A DNA stretch of 64,000 nt, from the NCBI GenBank assembly GCA_038890745.1, contig JAWAFD010000001.1, forward strand, positions 253,880 to 317,879, read 5' to 3'. Shown here piece after piece: positions 19,656 through 30,116 of this stretch. Below the pieces are notes generated by a model. That model made no database searches and was not told the DNA's origin. It saw only the letters and a program-made list of their open reading frames with translations. Position 1 is the stretch's first letter. Each line of letters begins with the position of its first letter. This DNA is from Candidatus Anstonellales archaeon. Its GTDB lineage: Archaea > Micrarchaeota > Micrarchaeia > Anstonellales > J096. A program made the position numbers and the translations under genes.

Positions 19656-20285
19656 CTATTTCAAAACCTTTCCTGTTTCGATATACCACAAGTATAGATC
19701 CAACTCACCAGGTTCTAATCCAGTCCTTTCCGCCAATTTTTTCAAAACACCTTCGATCTCAAAATATTTTTTTCGAGTGATTGCTTTGGGTTTTTTTATC
19801 ATTCTATTTTTTACGAGTAAATCAACAATATGGAAGTCAACTATTCCAAGGTCCATAAACCCTACATTCCTTAAAAAGTGGCTCGCCTCCTTATACCCTA
19901 ACCCCTTAACATTTTTAACAAGCCATTCCCTTGCTTCTCTTCCATCAGCAAAAGAAAAAACAATTTCCTTTATTTTTTTTGCAAATTTTTTTCTCGCCTC
20001 AACTATGAACTTCGCCCTAGTATTCGGAAACCTATGACCCAATTTTTTCAATTTCTTAGCAAGCGCCTTTTCACCCATTTTCAAAAATCCATCCCCGATT
20101 TCTTTTTGTATCCTTATCCCCCCTTCCGCTGAATAATTTGCAGTAAGAATGCAAAAACAAAGCTCGCTAAAAATTCTTTGCTTAGAGCTTTTTCCAGCTC
20201 GCTTGAATTCTTTTACTCTTTTATCTATCAGCTTTTTTACTCTGCCTTTTCTCAATCTCTTTATTTTTTCCAGAATTTTTTTCAT
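19656..20285 (-). CDS. ogg: 8-oxoguanine DNA glycosylase/AP lyase (Ogg2 type)
   Basis: [49 protein letters not shown]. Confidence 0.95.
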   Translation of the reverse strand: MKKILEKIKRLRKGRVKKLIDKRVKEFKRAGKSSKQRIFSELCFCILTANYSAEGGIRIQKEIGDGFLKMGEKALAKKLKKLGHRFPNTRAKFIVEARKKFAKKIKEIVFSFADGREAREWLVKNVKGLGYKEASHFLRNVGFMDLGIVDFHIVDLLVKNRMIKKPKAITRKKYFEIEGVLKKLAERTGLEPGELDLYLWYIETGKVLK

Positions 20286-20671
20286 TCCATCTCTGCCTTC
20301 CAAAGCCCATGTATATTACAGTATTCCCTCACCGTTGCAACATCTTCAATTTTTATTTTGAAATCTGCCTTTGGTTCCATCCCTGGTTTTAAGAATGCGA
20401 TTTGCGAATACCCGCTCTTTGTGATCACCTCAACCCATTCGATATAGTGCTTCTCTTCCATCGGGTGCGGAACAGACCCAACCCTTACCCTTATCCCCTG
20501 CTTGATTTTCTCAACAACAGGAACATGCTTTTCATTTCCAACATCTTGAGTTTTTTCTTTGAGGAGTTCCATCGGCTGTCCGCAGCACACCAGAGTACCA
20601 ACCCCTGCGTGCATTACCTCAACTATGTTTCCGCAAACATTACATCTATAAACCTGCAATCTTTCAGTCAT
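20282..20671 (-). CDS. dfx: Desulfoferrodoxin / 2Fe superoxide reductase
   Basis: YRCNVCGN…[30 protein letters not shown]. Confidence 0.97.
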   Translation of the reverse strand: MTERLQVYRCNVCGNIVEVMHAGVGTLVCCGQPMELLKEKTQDVGNEKHVPVVEKIKQGIRVRVGSVPHPMEEKHYIEWVEVITKSGYSQIAFLKPGMEPKADFKIKIEDVATVREYCNIHGLWKAEME

Positions 20672-20712
20672 CCTCTCAACCTTTTCCGAGGGCTTTAGCC
20701 CCAGGTATCAAC

Positions 20713-21186
20713 CTAAAGTTCTTGAAGGAGATTCTCAAATCTCTGTTCGTGCTCCATCTCTTCTTTCATGATGTGGAGCATCAGCTCATATGTTATTTCA
20801 TCCTTATCCTTCACCATATCCGCAATTTTCTTATAAACATCTATCGCGCATCTTTCTCCCTTCACCCCTGCTTCAATCGCTTTTTTCACGTCCTCATTCG
20901 GGATTTCATAACCGCAGTTTGTTTTTGTATAATATTGTTTCGGGTCAACTATGGGTTTTCCTTCAAGCTGGATTATTCTCTCCGCAAGTTCTGTTGCATG
21001 CTCTAATTCTTCCTTTGCAATCTCCTCAAGTTCCTTTGCAGCAATCGCGGCCATTTTCCCCTTTATTATTTTTGCAGAGTTCCAGTACTGCAAATAGGCA
21101 AGCCATTCATCCGCCAAGGCTTTGTTCAGTTCCGCAACAACTTTGTCCGCTAAATTCCCAACTATTTCATGTGCTTTCTTACTCAT
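20713..21186 (-). CDS. Ferritin-like / DPS-like protein
   Basis: ALADEWLAYLQYW, EELEHA…ERIIQLEG, ERCAI, EEMEHE di-iron motifs. Confidence 0.9.
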   Translation of the reverse strand: MSKKAHEIVGNLADKVVAELNKALADEWLAYLQYWNSAKIIKGKMAAIAAKELEEIAKEELEHATELAERIIQLEGKPIVDPKQYYTKTNCGYEIPNEDVKKAIEAGVKGERCAIDVYKKIADMVKDKDEITYELMLHIMKEEMEHEQRFENLLQEL

Positions 21187-21245
21187 AATCTCACCCATGA
21201 TACTTACATAATAAAATTAAAAAACCTATTGCAAGAACTCTCCCT

Positions 21246-21656
21246 ATGCCGAAGGATTTTTTGAATAAGAAAAACATACTTGCTGTTGTGGGCGCGAGCC
21301 GGGATAAGGAAAAGTTTGGGTACAAAATCTACAAAGCGGTTCTAAATGCCGGGTATAAAGTTTATCCAGTTAACCCAAATGCAAAGGAAATAGATGGAAA
21401 TCCATGCTACCCATCGCTCGCTTCCCTTCCAAAAAAGCCGGATGTTGTGATTGCGGTTGTTCCGCCCAAGATCACAGAAAAGATTGTTGAGGAAATTGCA
21501 GAATTGAAAATAAAAAAAGTTTGGATGCAGCCGGGCAGCGAATCTGAAAAGGCGATAGAATTCTGCAAAAATAACAGAATTAAAGTGGTTGCGTGGATGT
21601 GTTTTGTTGCTGATGGCCTTAAAGAAAATTTGGAAAAACTTGCATTTGGTTTATAA
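21246..21656 (+). CDS. CoA-binding protein
   Basis: AVVGAS, YPVNP, VWMQPGSE. Confidence 0.92.
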   Translation: MPKDFLNKKNILAVVGASRDKEKFGYKIYKAVLNAGYKVYPVNPNAKEIDGNPCYPSLASLPKKPDVVIAVVPPKITEKIVEEIAELKIKKVWMQPGSESEKAIEFCKNNRIKVVAWMCFVADGLKENLEKLAFGL

Positions 21657-21678
21657 TTTTTTTCTTTCTATCTAAAAC

Positions 21679-22146
21679 ATGGAAAAACTATACTACCTTC
21701 TTTATCCCATGCGCGTCTGCCTCATCACCTCTTCGTACAGCGGGAAGGACAACATAATGGCCGCTGCATGGGTTTATCCCCTTTCATTTGACCCTCCGCT
21801 GTTTGGGGTTTCTGTTTCAAAAAAACGCTTCTCTTATGATTTGATAAAAAAAGGAAGTGCATTTGGGATAAACACATGCTCTCCTGATATGAAAGAGGCA
21901 GTTTTGGTTTGCGGAAGGAGAAGCGGAAAGGAGATCGATAAGTTTAAGGAGGCGAAGCTTACAAAAGAAAAGGGAAAATTTGTTCCACTCATAAAAGAAA
22001 GCCCTGCGAGTATAGAATGCGAAGTAATAAAAGAGATAGAAATGGGCGATCATGTTCTGTTTGTTGGGAGAGTAATAAATGTTTTGAAAAGAAAAGAGGG
22101 GAAAGGACTCTACCATGCAGGCGGGGATAACTTTTTAGAGATCTGA
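21679..22146 (+). CDS. Flavin reductase family protein
   Basis: NIMAAAW..PLSFDPP, IECEV, GDHVLFVG. Confidence 0.9.
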   Translation: MEKLYYLLYPMRVCLITSSYSGKDNIMAAAWVYPLSFDPPLFGVSVSKKRFSYDLIKKGSAFGINTCSPDMKEAVLVCGRRSGKEIDKFKEAKLTKEKGKFVPLIKESPASIECEVIKEIEMGDHVLFVGRVINVLKRKEGKGLYHAGGDNFLEI

Positions 22147-23118
22147 TTACCATCCAAGAACATACGCAAAAATAAGCGGCGCAACTATCGAGGCATCCGA
22201 TTCTATCATAAACTTTGGTGTATCTACATCAAGCTTTCCCCATGTTATTTTTTCATTCGGCACGGCACCCGAATAGGAGCCGTAGCTTGTGGTTGAATCG
22301 CTTATCTGGCAAAAGTATGACCAGAAAGGCACCTTTTCTTTCATGTCTTGAAGAATGAGAGGAACAACGCATATCGGAAAGTCTCCTGCAATCCCACCAC
22401 CTATCTGGAAAAACCCAATCTTATGTTTTTTTGATTCTTCTTTGTACCATTTGATTAGTTCTTTCATGTAATAAAGACCTGATTTTACAGTATCAAGGTT
22501 TTTTATCTTTCCTTTTACATGATTAGCCACGAACATATTCCCTGATGTTGAATCCTCCCAACCGGGAACAAAAAGCGGCAGGTTTTTTTCCGCAGCTGCA
22601 ACTACCCAACTATCTTTTGGGTCAATCTCGTAATACTTTTCCAACTTTCCTGATCTTATCATTTCATAAAAGTATTCATGGGGGAGCATGCTTTCCCCTT
22701 TTCTATCCTTTTCTTTCCAGATTTCCATCAGATTGGACTCGATCCTTCGCATGGCCTCTTCCTCTGGAATGCATGTGTCCGTTACGCGGTTCAGCCCCAT
22801 TTCAAAAAGTTTTTTTTCCTCAGGAGGGGTAAGCTCACGATAGTTTGGGATCCTTTTGTAGTGCGAATGTGCAACAAGGTTATAAACATCTTCTTCTAAG
22901 TTTGCGCCCGTGCAGCTTATTGCATGCACCTTATCTTTTCTTATCATTTCAGCAAGGCTCTTCCCTATCTCTGCCGTGCTCATCGCGCCAGCCATCGCAA
23001 GAAACATTTTTCCTCCGGAATCAATAAGTTTGGAGTACTCTTCTGCAGCGTCGGCAACAACAGCAGCGTTGAAGTGCTTGAAATGAGATTTTATAAAATT
23101 TTTTATTGGAGAAATCAT
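22147..23118 (-). CDS. Deoxyhypusine synthase family protein (bacterial-like, possible homospermidine synthase)
   Basis: AGAMSTAE, ISCTGANLEED, QIGGGIAGDF, SYSGAVPNEKITWGK. Confidence 0.9.
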   Translation of the reverse strand: MISPIKNFIKSHFKHFNAAVVADAAEEYSKLIDSGGKMFLAMAGAMSTAEIGKSLAEMIRKDKVHAISCTGANLEEDVYNLVAHSHYKRIPNYRELTPPEEKKLFEMGLNRVTDTCIPEEEAMRRIESNLMEIWKEKDRKGESMLPHEYFYEMIRSGKLEKYYEIDPKDSWVVAAAEKNLPLFVPGWEDSTSGNMFVANHVKGKIKNLDTVKSGLYYMKELIKWYKEESKKHKIGFFQIGGGIAGDFPICVVPLILQDMKEKVPFWSYFCQISDSTTSYGSYSGAVPNEKITWGKLDVDTPKFMIESDASIVAPLIFAYVLGW

Positions 23119-23258
23119 TCCATCACCATAAAAATATTGCATTAAGAATTTAAAACTTTTGCTATTTTTTATTTTTCATTTTTGCATTTTAATTCTTAAA
23201 TTTTAGTAAAAATTCAAACAGTTTTATTTTTAAATATTTTCATAAAAAAGAGCGATAC

Positions 23259-23801
23259 ATGGTTCCTACAAAAGTTTTTTTTACAAAAGGGGTGGGGGTT
23301 CACAAGGACCGGCTTGCTTCTTTTGAGGCCGCACTCAGGATGGCTGGCATAGCGCAGTTCAACCTTGTGTACGTTTCGAGCATTCTCCCTCCCGGATGCA
23401 AGATCATTTCGGAGCAGGAAGGATTGAAGGAGATGAAGCCCGGTCAGATTGTTCATGTGGTAATGGCAAGGAACGAAACAAACGAGCCGAACAGACTGGT
23501 ATCCGCAGCCATAGGTGTTGCAATCCCGAAAAACCCTGAGGTGCACGGCTATCTTTCAGAGCACCATGCTTTTGGAGAAACGGATGAGAAAAGCGGGGAG
23601 TATGCAGAGGATTTGGCTGCAACCATGCTTGCAACTACACTCGGAATAGAATTCGATCCAGAAAAGGACTGGAGCGAGAGGGAGATGGAATACAAAGCAA
23701 GCGGCCACATATTCAAAACAACAAACATCGTCCAGTCAGCAAGGGGGAACAAGGATGGTCTTTGGACAACGGTAATTGCGGTGGCAGTCTTTGTCCCATG
23801 A
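23259..23801 (+). CDS. pdaD: Pyruvoyl-dependent arginine decarboxylase
   Basis: [25 protein letters not shown] (S-S cleavage site), GYLSEHH. Confidence 0.95.
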   Translation: MVPTKVFFTKGVGVHKDRLASFEAALRMAGIAQFNLVYVSSILPPGCKIISEQEGLKEMKPGQIVHVVMARNETNEPNRLVSAAIGVAIPKNPEVHGYLSEHHAFGETDEKSGEYAEDLAATMLATTLGIEFDPEKDWSEREMEYKASGHIFKTTNIVQSARGNKDGLWTTVIAVAVFVP

Positions 23802-23821
23802 AATAATTTTATTGTGATTTT

Positions 23822-24553
23822 ATGGATGTTTTGTTTTTGATTCTTGCCGTTCTAGTGATAAACACTCTTCTCGGGGCCGTGGGAATTTTTTCATTTTGGG
23901 TAAAAGAAAAAAATTTGCGTACGGTTTCTTTTTTTCTCATGGCGTTTGCAGCCGGGACGCTTTTGGGCGGCGCATTCTTCCATCTTTTTGAAGAGTCATT
24001 GGAGCAAGGACTCGAATCAGAAACCGTTTTTCTTTTTGCCTTAGGTGGGTTTGTTGCATTTTTCATATTTGAGAACTGGCTTCACTGGCACAGGTGCGCG
24101 GAATGCAAAATTCATCCCTACACGTTTAACATTCTTATAGGTGATGGTATACACAATTTAATAGATGGTATTATTGTTGCAATTACTTTTTTGATCTCTG
24201 TTGAGCTTGGGCTTGCTGCAAGCATAGCGATCCTCGCGCATGAAATCCCCCAAGAGCTTGGAATTTTTGGGGTGATGGTACATGGAGGTCAGAACAAAAA
24301 TAAATCGGTTATCTACTCCGTTGCTGCGCAGTCTACATCCATAATCGGTGGCTTGCTCGGATATTTTTTCGCACCTTCACTTAGCCCGTATGTTCCTCTT
24401 CTCCTTCCGCTCGCAGCAGGAGGGTTCATCTACATCTCTTCATCCGACCTCATACCCGAGATTCACAAGAGCGAAAGAACGCAGAAGATTTTTGGGATAG
24501 TTGCTCTTTTTATTGGGCTGCTTTTTATGTGGATTTTGAAAGGAGCACACTGA
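23822..24553 (+). CDS. ZIP family metal transporter
   Basis: FAAGTLLG, GDGIHNLIDG, HEIPQELG, DLIPE. Confidence 0.94.
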   Translation: MDVLFLILAVLVINTLLGAVGIFSFWVKEKNLRTVSFFLMAFAAGTLLGGAFFHLFEESLEQGLESETVFLFALGGFVAFFIFENWLHWHRCAECKIHPYTFNILIGDGIHNLIDGIIVAITFLISVELGLAASIAILAHEIPQELGIFGVMVHGGQNKNKSVIYSVAAQSTSIIGGLLGYFFAPSLSPYVPLLLPLAAGGFIYISSSDLIPEIHKSERTQKIFGIVALFIGLLFMWILKGAH

Positions 24554-24557
24554 ACAT

Positions 24558-25778
24558 TTAATACCTCAAAGCCTCGATAGCAGGAATCTCAGCCGCGCTT
24601 TTTGCAGGAAAATAACCAGCAAGAATTCCAACTGCAGCTCCATACAGCAAAGCAAAAGCAAAAAGTTCAGGGGTTATTACATAAGGAATCCCAAAACTAT
24701 TTACTATTTCTGCGCCAATCCATCCAACAGCAAGCCCCAAAATTCCTCCAAGCAAACCTATTATCCCTGCCTCTGCGATGAACAAAATTATAATCTGTTT
24801 TTTTGTTGCCCCTATGCTTTTCAAAACCCCTATTTCTCTTCTCTTTTCAGCGACTGCCATGTACATTGTATTCGCTATCCCTATCCCTCCGATTATGGAT
24901 GAGACAACTGCGATCGCAAAAAGAAAACTCGTTAGCATCCCCATTACAGCATCTGTTATCTCCATTATGAAATCCCGGGTCATCACGGTGAAATCCTTTT
25001 CATCTAAGCTTACATGGTGGTTTCTTGCGAGTATCTCTTCTATTTTTTCTTTCACCTCGTTTACATTCGCCCCATCTTTCAGATCAACCATTATAGTATA
25101 CACTTCATCCTTTGCAAGAACATCCTTAAACATCTCCTTTCCATCTTCATAAGGTATAAAAATAACTGCATCATCCTGTTCGCTGAGCGCAGTTCCTATT
25201 CTCTCAGCTATTCCTACAACCCTGAACTTTTTCCCCCCTATTGTCATGTAGTTTCCTACTCTTATTCTGTTTTTTCCAAAATACTTGTTCGCGATATCAT
25301 TCCCGATAAAAACGACCCCTCTCTCATTTTCTTCAGGGTATCTTCCCTCCTCAACTTTAAAATAGTCCTCCCACATCTTAAAACCAGCAGTATCGCCTGG
25401 AAAAACAGGAGAATATAGCTCCACACCCCGAAATTCTATTGTTGTTCTCCCCATATTCATTTTTGCCACGGTTTCAACCTCAGGTAAGGTTTCAATGTCT
25501 TCCGCATCCTTTTCTGTAAGCTTTCCGGATGTTGGTCCTCTTCCAGTAAGCGCCCCTCTACTTGTTATGCTATCCATACTTATTGGAACAATGGCAAGCT
25601 TATCCTCTCCAAAAACTTCCATCTGCTCTTCAACATATCCTTTAACACCCTGCGCAATTCCCATCAGCACAACAATGGTAGCGATCCCTATTATAATACC
25701 GATTAGAGTAAGCCAGCTCCTCAAACTTCTGTGCGAAAGGTTTCTTGTTGCATACTCAAAAACATCCTTAGCGTTCAT
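24558..25778 (-). CDS. ABC transporter permease (MacB/FtsX family)
   Basis: RSWLTLIGIIIG, GGIGIANTM…EIGVLKSIGA, ALRY. Confidence 0.93.
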   Translation of the reverse strand: MNAKDVFEYATRNLSHRSLRSWLTLIGIIIGIATIVVLMGIAQGVKGYVEEQMEVFGEDKLAIVPISMDSITSRGALTGRGPTSGKLTEKDAEDIETLPEVETVAKMNMGRTTIEFRGVELYSPVFPGDTAGFKMWEDYFKVEEGRYPEENERGVVFIGNDIANKYFGKNRIRVGNYMTIGGKKFRVVGIAERIGTALSEQDDAVIFIPYEDGKEMFKDVLAKDEVYTIMVDLKDGANVNEVKEKIEEILARNHHVSLDEKDFTVMTRDFIMEITDAVMGMLTSFLFAIAVVSSIIGGIGIANTMYMAVAEKRREIGVLKSIGATKKQIIILFIAEAGIIGLLGGILGLAVGWIGAEIVNSFGIPYVITPELFAFALLYGAAVGILAGYFPAKSAAEIPAIEALRY

Positions 25779-26981
25779 CTACTCATACCTCAGCGCTTCC
25801 ACAGCGGGAATCTCAGCTGCGTTTTTTGCCGGAATAGCACCAGCAATCAAACCTACAACAAAAGCAAACACCGCAGCACCAACAACAACCTCGGGCAGGA
25901 TTATGACCGGTGTGATAAAACCAACGAGAAATCCAAGAACAAATGCAGAGAGTATTCCAATAATCCCTCCTACAAAACCTATGATGCCTGCCTCCATCAA
26001 AAATATTGCTACTATTTCATTGTTTTTCATCCCTATCGCTTTCAGCGTCCCTATTTCTTGAGTTTTTTCAAGAACAGAAGTAAACATTGTGTTGCTTATC
26101 CCTATGCCTCCAACAACCAGCCCTATTCCAGCTACAGCCCCTACGAGCAGGCTTAGGATGCCGATCACAGAATCAACCTGCTCGTTTATGTATTTTGGGG
26201 TGATTACAGAAAAATCCTCTTCCCCTTCTCCAACCCTGTGGCTCGCCCTCATCTCTTCCCTTACCCTTTCCCCAACCTCCTCAACATCATAGCCGGGGCT
26301 TACCTTCATTCTTATTATCGTAATCTCCTTCTCAGCCATTATATTCTTGAAGAGCTCCCGTCCATCATCAAATGTCACAAAAACATAGTTGTCCAGCTGG
26401 CTTAAGGTGTTTCCTGTTTTTTCCAGGGTTCCAACAATTCTGAACTTCTCTTCACCTATTTTTATGTACTGCCCTACTTTTACATCCTCGCTGAAGGTAT
26501 CTTCCGCGATGCTCGCACCGACAACAGCAACATGACTGTCCCCGTCTCTCAAAAACCTACCTTCTTTAACCTTTAGGCTTGTTGACATCTGCTCAAAAAC
26601 AGACGGCTCCACCCCACCTATTGTCGCTGTTACCGTATCACCCTTGTAAGTAATGCTGGCCCTATTCCCTATTACCTTTGATATCATTTCTATTCCAGGT
26701 ATTTTCTTCAATTTTTCATAGTCCTTTTCCCAAAGCTTCCCTTTTGTCGGAACATAAAAAGAAAAGGCCGGGCTCTGCACGTTGAATGCTACAACCGCGA
26801 TGGTGTCAGTTCCGAACGCCTTCAGCTGATCATTAATTCCTTCTTTCAACCCCTGTGCGATCCCAAGTAGAAGGACTATGCTTGTAATTGCTATTACTAT
26901 CCCCACTATCGTAAGCCAGCTTCTAAGCTGGGCGTACCTAAGGCTTTTGACTGCATAGTTAAATATTTCCTCCACTTTCAT
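25779..26981 (-). CDS. ABC transporter permease (MacB/FtsX family), paralog
   Basis: RSWLTIVGIVI, GGIGISNTM…EIGTLKAIG, ALRYE. Confidence 0.93.
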   Translation of the reverse strand: MKVEEIFNYAVKSLRYAQLRSWLTIVGIVIAITSIVLLLGIAQGLKEGINDQLKAFGTDTIAVVAFNVQSPAFSFYVPTKGKLWEKDYEKLKKIPGIEMISKVIGNRASITYKGDTVTATIGGVEPSVFEQMSTSLKVKEGRFLRDGDSHVAVVGASIAEDTFSEDVKVGQYIKIGEEKFRIVGTLEKTGNTLSQLDNYVFVTFDDGRELFKNIMAEKEITIIRMKVSPGYDVEEVGERVREEMRASHRVGEGEEDFSVITPKYINEQVDSVIGILSLLVGAVAGIGLVVGGIGISNTMFTSVLEKTQEIGTLKAIGMKNNEIVAIFLMEAGIIGFVGGIIGILSAFVLGFLVGFITPVIILPEVVVGAAVFAFVVGLIAGAIPAKNAAEIPAVEALRYE

Positions 26982-26984
26982 TCT

Positions 26985-28433
26985 CTAAACCCGGCTCTTT
27001 TTTCTCATTTTAAGGAAATAGTACACTCCGGCGATTAAAACAACCCCAAGTATAATCAGCAGCATGGTTCCGTTTCCGCTTTCCTGCACCGCGCCTTCTA
27101 TTAGCAGTTTTGCTTCTACGTTTTTCGTTACCCATTCTCCTGAGTAGTCCCTATAGGTTATTTTGATACTTATTGGATATACCCCCGGCTCAACATTCTT
27201 CACCTTTACTTTAAACTGCTCGCTGCTGAAATCATCGTACTCCAACCCACCTATGTATTTTTCTGCCTGAGCTTCCTGTATCTCAAAAACATCGCTCTGC
27301 AGGCTCACGCTTACAGAACCGATAGCATAGCTCCCAAGGTTTGCAACTGTGATGGAAAGGGTATGCTCACCATTCGCCCTTATGGGCGCCGGTTTTGCCT
27401 CAACATACACCCCAACATCAGCATCGCTCTTTATCCTCATTGGAACCGTGATTATATCCTCTTTCTTTTCTCCATTCTCCTCCCACTCAATTTTTACCTG
27501 CACATTCGTTATCCCGGGTTCTGCGTTCACGTACACTTTTGCATCTAGTTCCTTGCTTCCTCCCTTTGCGATCTCTCCAGCATCTATTTTGCTCATTCCC
27601 ACAAGCTTTATAGCATTATCAACAAAGCTTATCCTTACATTTTTTGCATCATTCCCCTTGTTCGAGACTAGCAGTTTAAGCGTTGTTTCTGTTTTTGTCT
27701 GCACATCTTCTAATTGCTCCAGTGAGAAATCGCCCTCCCTCTTATTTACAACAACATTTACTGTTTTTTCCTCTGTTTTTTCCTCTCCCAGTTCATTTTT
27801 GTAGTTGAGGATTAGTTTTAGGGGCGTGCTTCCTTCGCTCGCGCTACGGGCGTCGAACAAAACATTTTTGTTTACGCATCCCTTTCCAACAGTTCCTACG
27901 TAAACGCTGTCCGTCCCTGAAAACCTTATCTCCCCACCAGGCTCTATACTCATATCCCTTGCCTCTCCACCATCATTGCATATCGTTAGCGTGGCCTTGG
28001 TTTCCTTCCCAAGTTCTGTTTCATCCAATCTAACGCTCAGCACTGGAGTTTTAACTACCTTTACAGCCGCGATACTTTCGGTTCTTTTAAATTCTATGGG
28101 CGTTACGCTCGTTATGCTTCCCCTTGCATCAATGGTCACAAAGTACATTCCGCTTGTCGCTGTTTTCACAACAGTAATCGGAATGTTTATGGTTGTAGAG
28201 CTTGCGGGCCCTAGATCACCTATGTTTAGGACGGTTGCTCCGAGCGCGATGTTTCCACCTGCGCTTAATTGAAGCGTGATATCATTCACGCTTGCAACAT
28301 CCCCATTTTTTAGTACTATAGTAATGTACCCAGTATCCCCAGGAGCATAGCTCATTTTGTCTGTTGAAACAGAGCTTATGCTCAGCCCAATCACCGTTCC
28401 TAAGACCAAAAACAACAAAAGCAATTTTTTCAT
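26985..28433 (-). CDS. COG1361-type S-layer/Ig-like domain protein associated with the ABC exporter
   Basis: Signal peptide, repeated beta-sandwich motifs (IGDL.P, V.N.G), C-terminal TM helix and basic tail. Confidence 0.8.
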   Translation of the reverse strand: MKKLLLLFLVLGTVIGLSISSVSTDKMSYAPGDTGYITIVLKNGDVASVNDITLQLSAGGNIALGATVLNIGDLGPASSTTINIPITVVKTATSGMYFVTIDARGSITSVTPIEFKRTESIAAVKVVKTPVLSVRLDETELGKETKATLTICNDGGEARDMSIEPGGEIRFSGTDSVYVGTVGKGCVNKNVLFDARSASEGSTPLKLILNYKNELGEEKTEEKTVNVVVNKREGDFSLEQLEDVQTKTETTLKLLVSNKGNDAKNVRISFVDNAIKLVGMSKIDAGEIAKGGSKELDAKVYVNAEPGITNVQVKIEWEENGEKKEDIITVPMRIKSDADVGVYVEAKPAPIRANGEHTLSITVANLGSYAIGSVSVSLQSDVFEIQEAQAEKYIGGLEYDDFSSEQFKVKVKNVEPGVYPISIKITYRDYSGEWVTKNVEAKLLIEGAVQESGNGTMLLIILGVVLIAGVYYFLKMRKKSRV

Positions 28434-29107
28434 TCTTTCACCTCTCCATCCTTTATTTTTATTACTCTTTCAGCATGTTTTGCGATATCCTCATCATGCG
28501 TTACCACAACGATTGTTTTCCCCTCCTTATTTAGCTTTGTGAATATTTCCACGACCTCATGCCCGCTTTTTGTGTCCAGGTTTCCCGTTGGCTCGTCCGC
28601 AAGAATAACCTCTGGCTGGTTTGCCAAAGCCCTTGCGATTGCAACCCTTTGCCTCTGCCCCCCGCTGAGCTCAGCCGGCTTGTGCGTGAGCCTTTCCCCA
28701 AGCCCGAGTTTTTCCAATAACTCCCTTGCTCTCCTCTCCCTTTCTTCCTTTCCAGCCCCATATATCATCATGGGTATTGCAACATTCTCCAATGCGTTCA
28801 GGCTGGGGATGAGGTTGAACATCTGAAAAACAAAACCTATCTTCTTCCCCCTTATCTTCGCCCTTTCATCCTCGCTTAGCTGCGACACCTCTTTCCCATC
28901 GATATACACCTTCCCTGATGTTGGGACATCCAATATCCCCATCATGTGCAAAAGGGTTGATTTTCCACTTCCGCTCCTTCCGAGCACTGCAACATACTCC
29001 CCTCTATAAATTTTAAGATTAACATTCTTCAGCGCAACTACCTTGGTGTGCCCCATAGGGTAAACTTTTGAAACATTCTCCAGCTCTATTATAGGAATCT
29101 TTTTCAT
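28430..29107 (-). CDS. ABC transporter ATP-binding protein (LolD/MacB type)
   Basis: GRSGSGKST, LSGGQRQR, ILADEPTGNLD, VTHD. Confidence 0.96.
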   Translation of the reverse strand: MKKIPIIELENVSKVYPMGHTKVVALKNVNLKIYRGEYVAVLGRSGSGKSTLLHMMGILDVPTSGKVYIDGKEVSQLSEDERAKIRGKKIGFVFQMFNLIPSLNALENVAIPMMIYGAGKEERERRARELLEKLGLGERLTHKPAELSGGQRQRVAIARALANQPEVILADEPTGNLDTKSGHEVVEIFTKLNKEGKTIVVVTHDEDIAKHAERVIKIKDGEVKE

Positions 29108-29481
29108 CTTACCATCTCTTTGAAGAACTCTCTCTTCAGGCCCTTTAGAAACCATCTCCTTCCTGCTTCCAGAACCATCGTTCCCTTAAGCGTAGTTTTG
29201 TAGTATTTTTTTCTTCTTCCTCCTTCTGTTTTTTCCCTCACTTTGAGATATCCTTTTCTGACCATCTTCTTCAGTATGGGATAAACATTTGAAGGGGTTG
29301 CCCTATGCATCCCTTCCTCCTGCATTGTTTTTATTATCCCGTACCCATGCATCTCCCTTTTTTTCAGCATCCATAGCATGAACACAGCCAGGAATTTTTT
29401 TATCATGAATTTTCCTAACTGCGCATCGCTCATCCTCTCTATTCTCCGCACCTCTTTTCTCACTTCATCACTAATCCCCAT
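29104..29481 (-). CDS. PadR family transcriptional regulator
   Basis: MHGYGII, VYPILKKM..GY, RRKKYYKTT.KG. Confidence 0.9.
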   Translation of the reverse strand: MGISDEVRKEVRRIERMSDAQLGKFMIKKFLAVFMLWMLKKREMHGYGIIKTMQEEGMHRATPSNVYPILKKMVRKGYLKVREKTEGGRRKKYYKTTLKGTMVLEAGRRWFLKGLKREFFKEMVR

Positions 29482-29540
29482 AGCATCACTTTTAGATATA
29501 TACAAATTTATATATATTGAAAAACGAACTATTTAAAAAC

Positions 29541-30116
29541 CTATTCTTTAAACTTCCCCTTTATGATCTCTTCTGCATAGTATATGAATACCTGGCATTT
29601 TTTCCACTCCTCCGGAAGCAGCCCTGCTTTCATGGCTAAATTCTGCAGGAACTCTTCTTTATCCGAGAAGTGCTCCCATACCTGCGGGAGATAGGTTGCC
29701 AGATTATACCCTTTTTTCAAAATTACACCATGCTTGTGAGGAACAAGCTTTTCCAAAACCTCTTTCCAATCAGAGTAATGCAGCTCTTCCGGAACGCTTA
29801 GAACGGTAATCTCGATATCCAAATAGGGCAGGTCCCTTTCCTCAACAGGTGCAAACCTTGGGTCGTGTATTGCTGCATCTATTGCGCGTCTGTACACACC
29901 CAGCCAAAGCGCCTCCCTAGGCCATATATCCCCTATACATCCCTGCAGCTCTCCTTTCCTCTCAAGCGTAACAAAAACACCCTTTCTTTTCATCAACTCC
30001 TCATGCAAGAATATTTTTTTATCCTCTGGTGGCCTTTCCACCCCTTTCACAGCATCCCTTACCCCTTTCCTCGCAATCTCCAACAAAATACCCTTTTCTT
30101 CTTCACTTAGCGCCAT
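29541..30116 (-). CDS. amrA: AmmeMemoRadiSam system protein A (AMMECR1 family)
   Basis: GVFVTL…LQGCIG, AAIHDPRF, ATYLPQVW, KAGL. Confidence 0.92.
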   Translation of the reverse strand: MALSEEEKGILLEIARKGVRDAVKGVERPPEDKKIFLHEELMKRKGVFVTLERKGELQGCIGDIWPREALWLGVYRRAIDAAIHDPRFAPVEERDLPYLDIEITVLSVPEELHYSDWKEVLEKLVPHKHGVILKKGYNLATYLPQVWEHFSDKEEFLQNLAMKAGLLPEEWKKCQVFIYYAEEIIKGKFKE

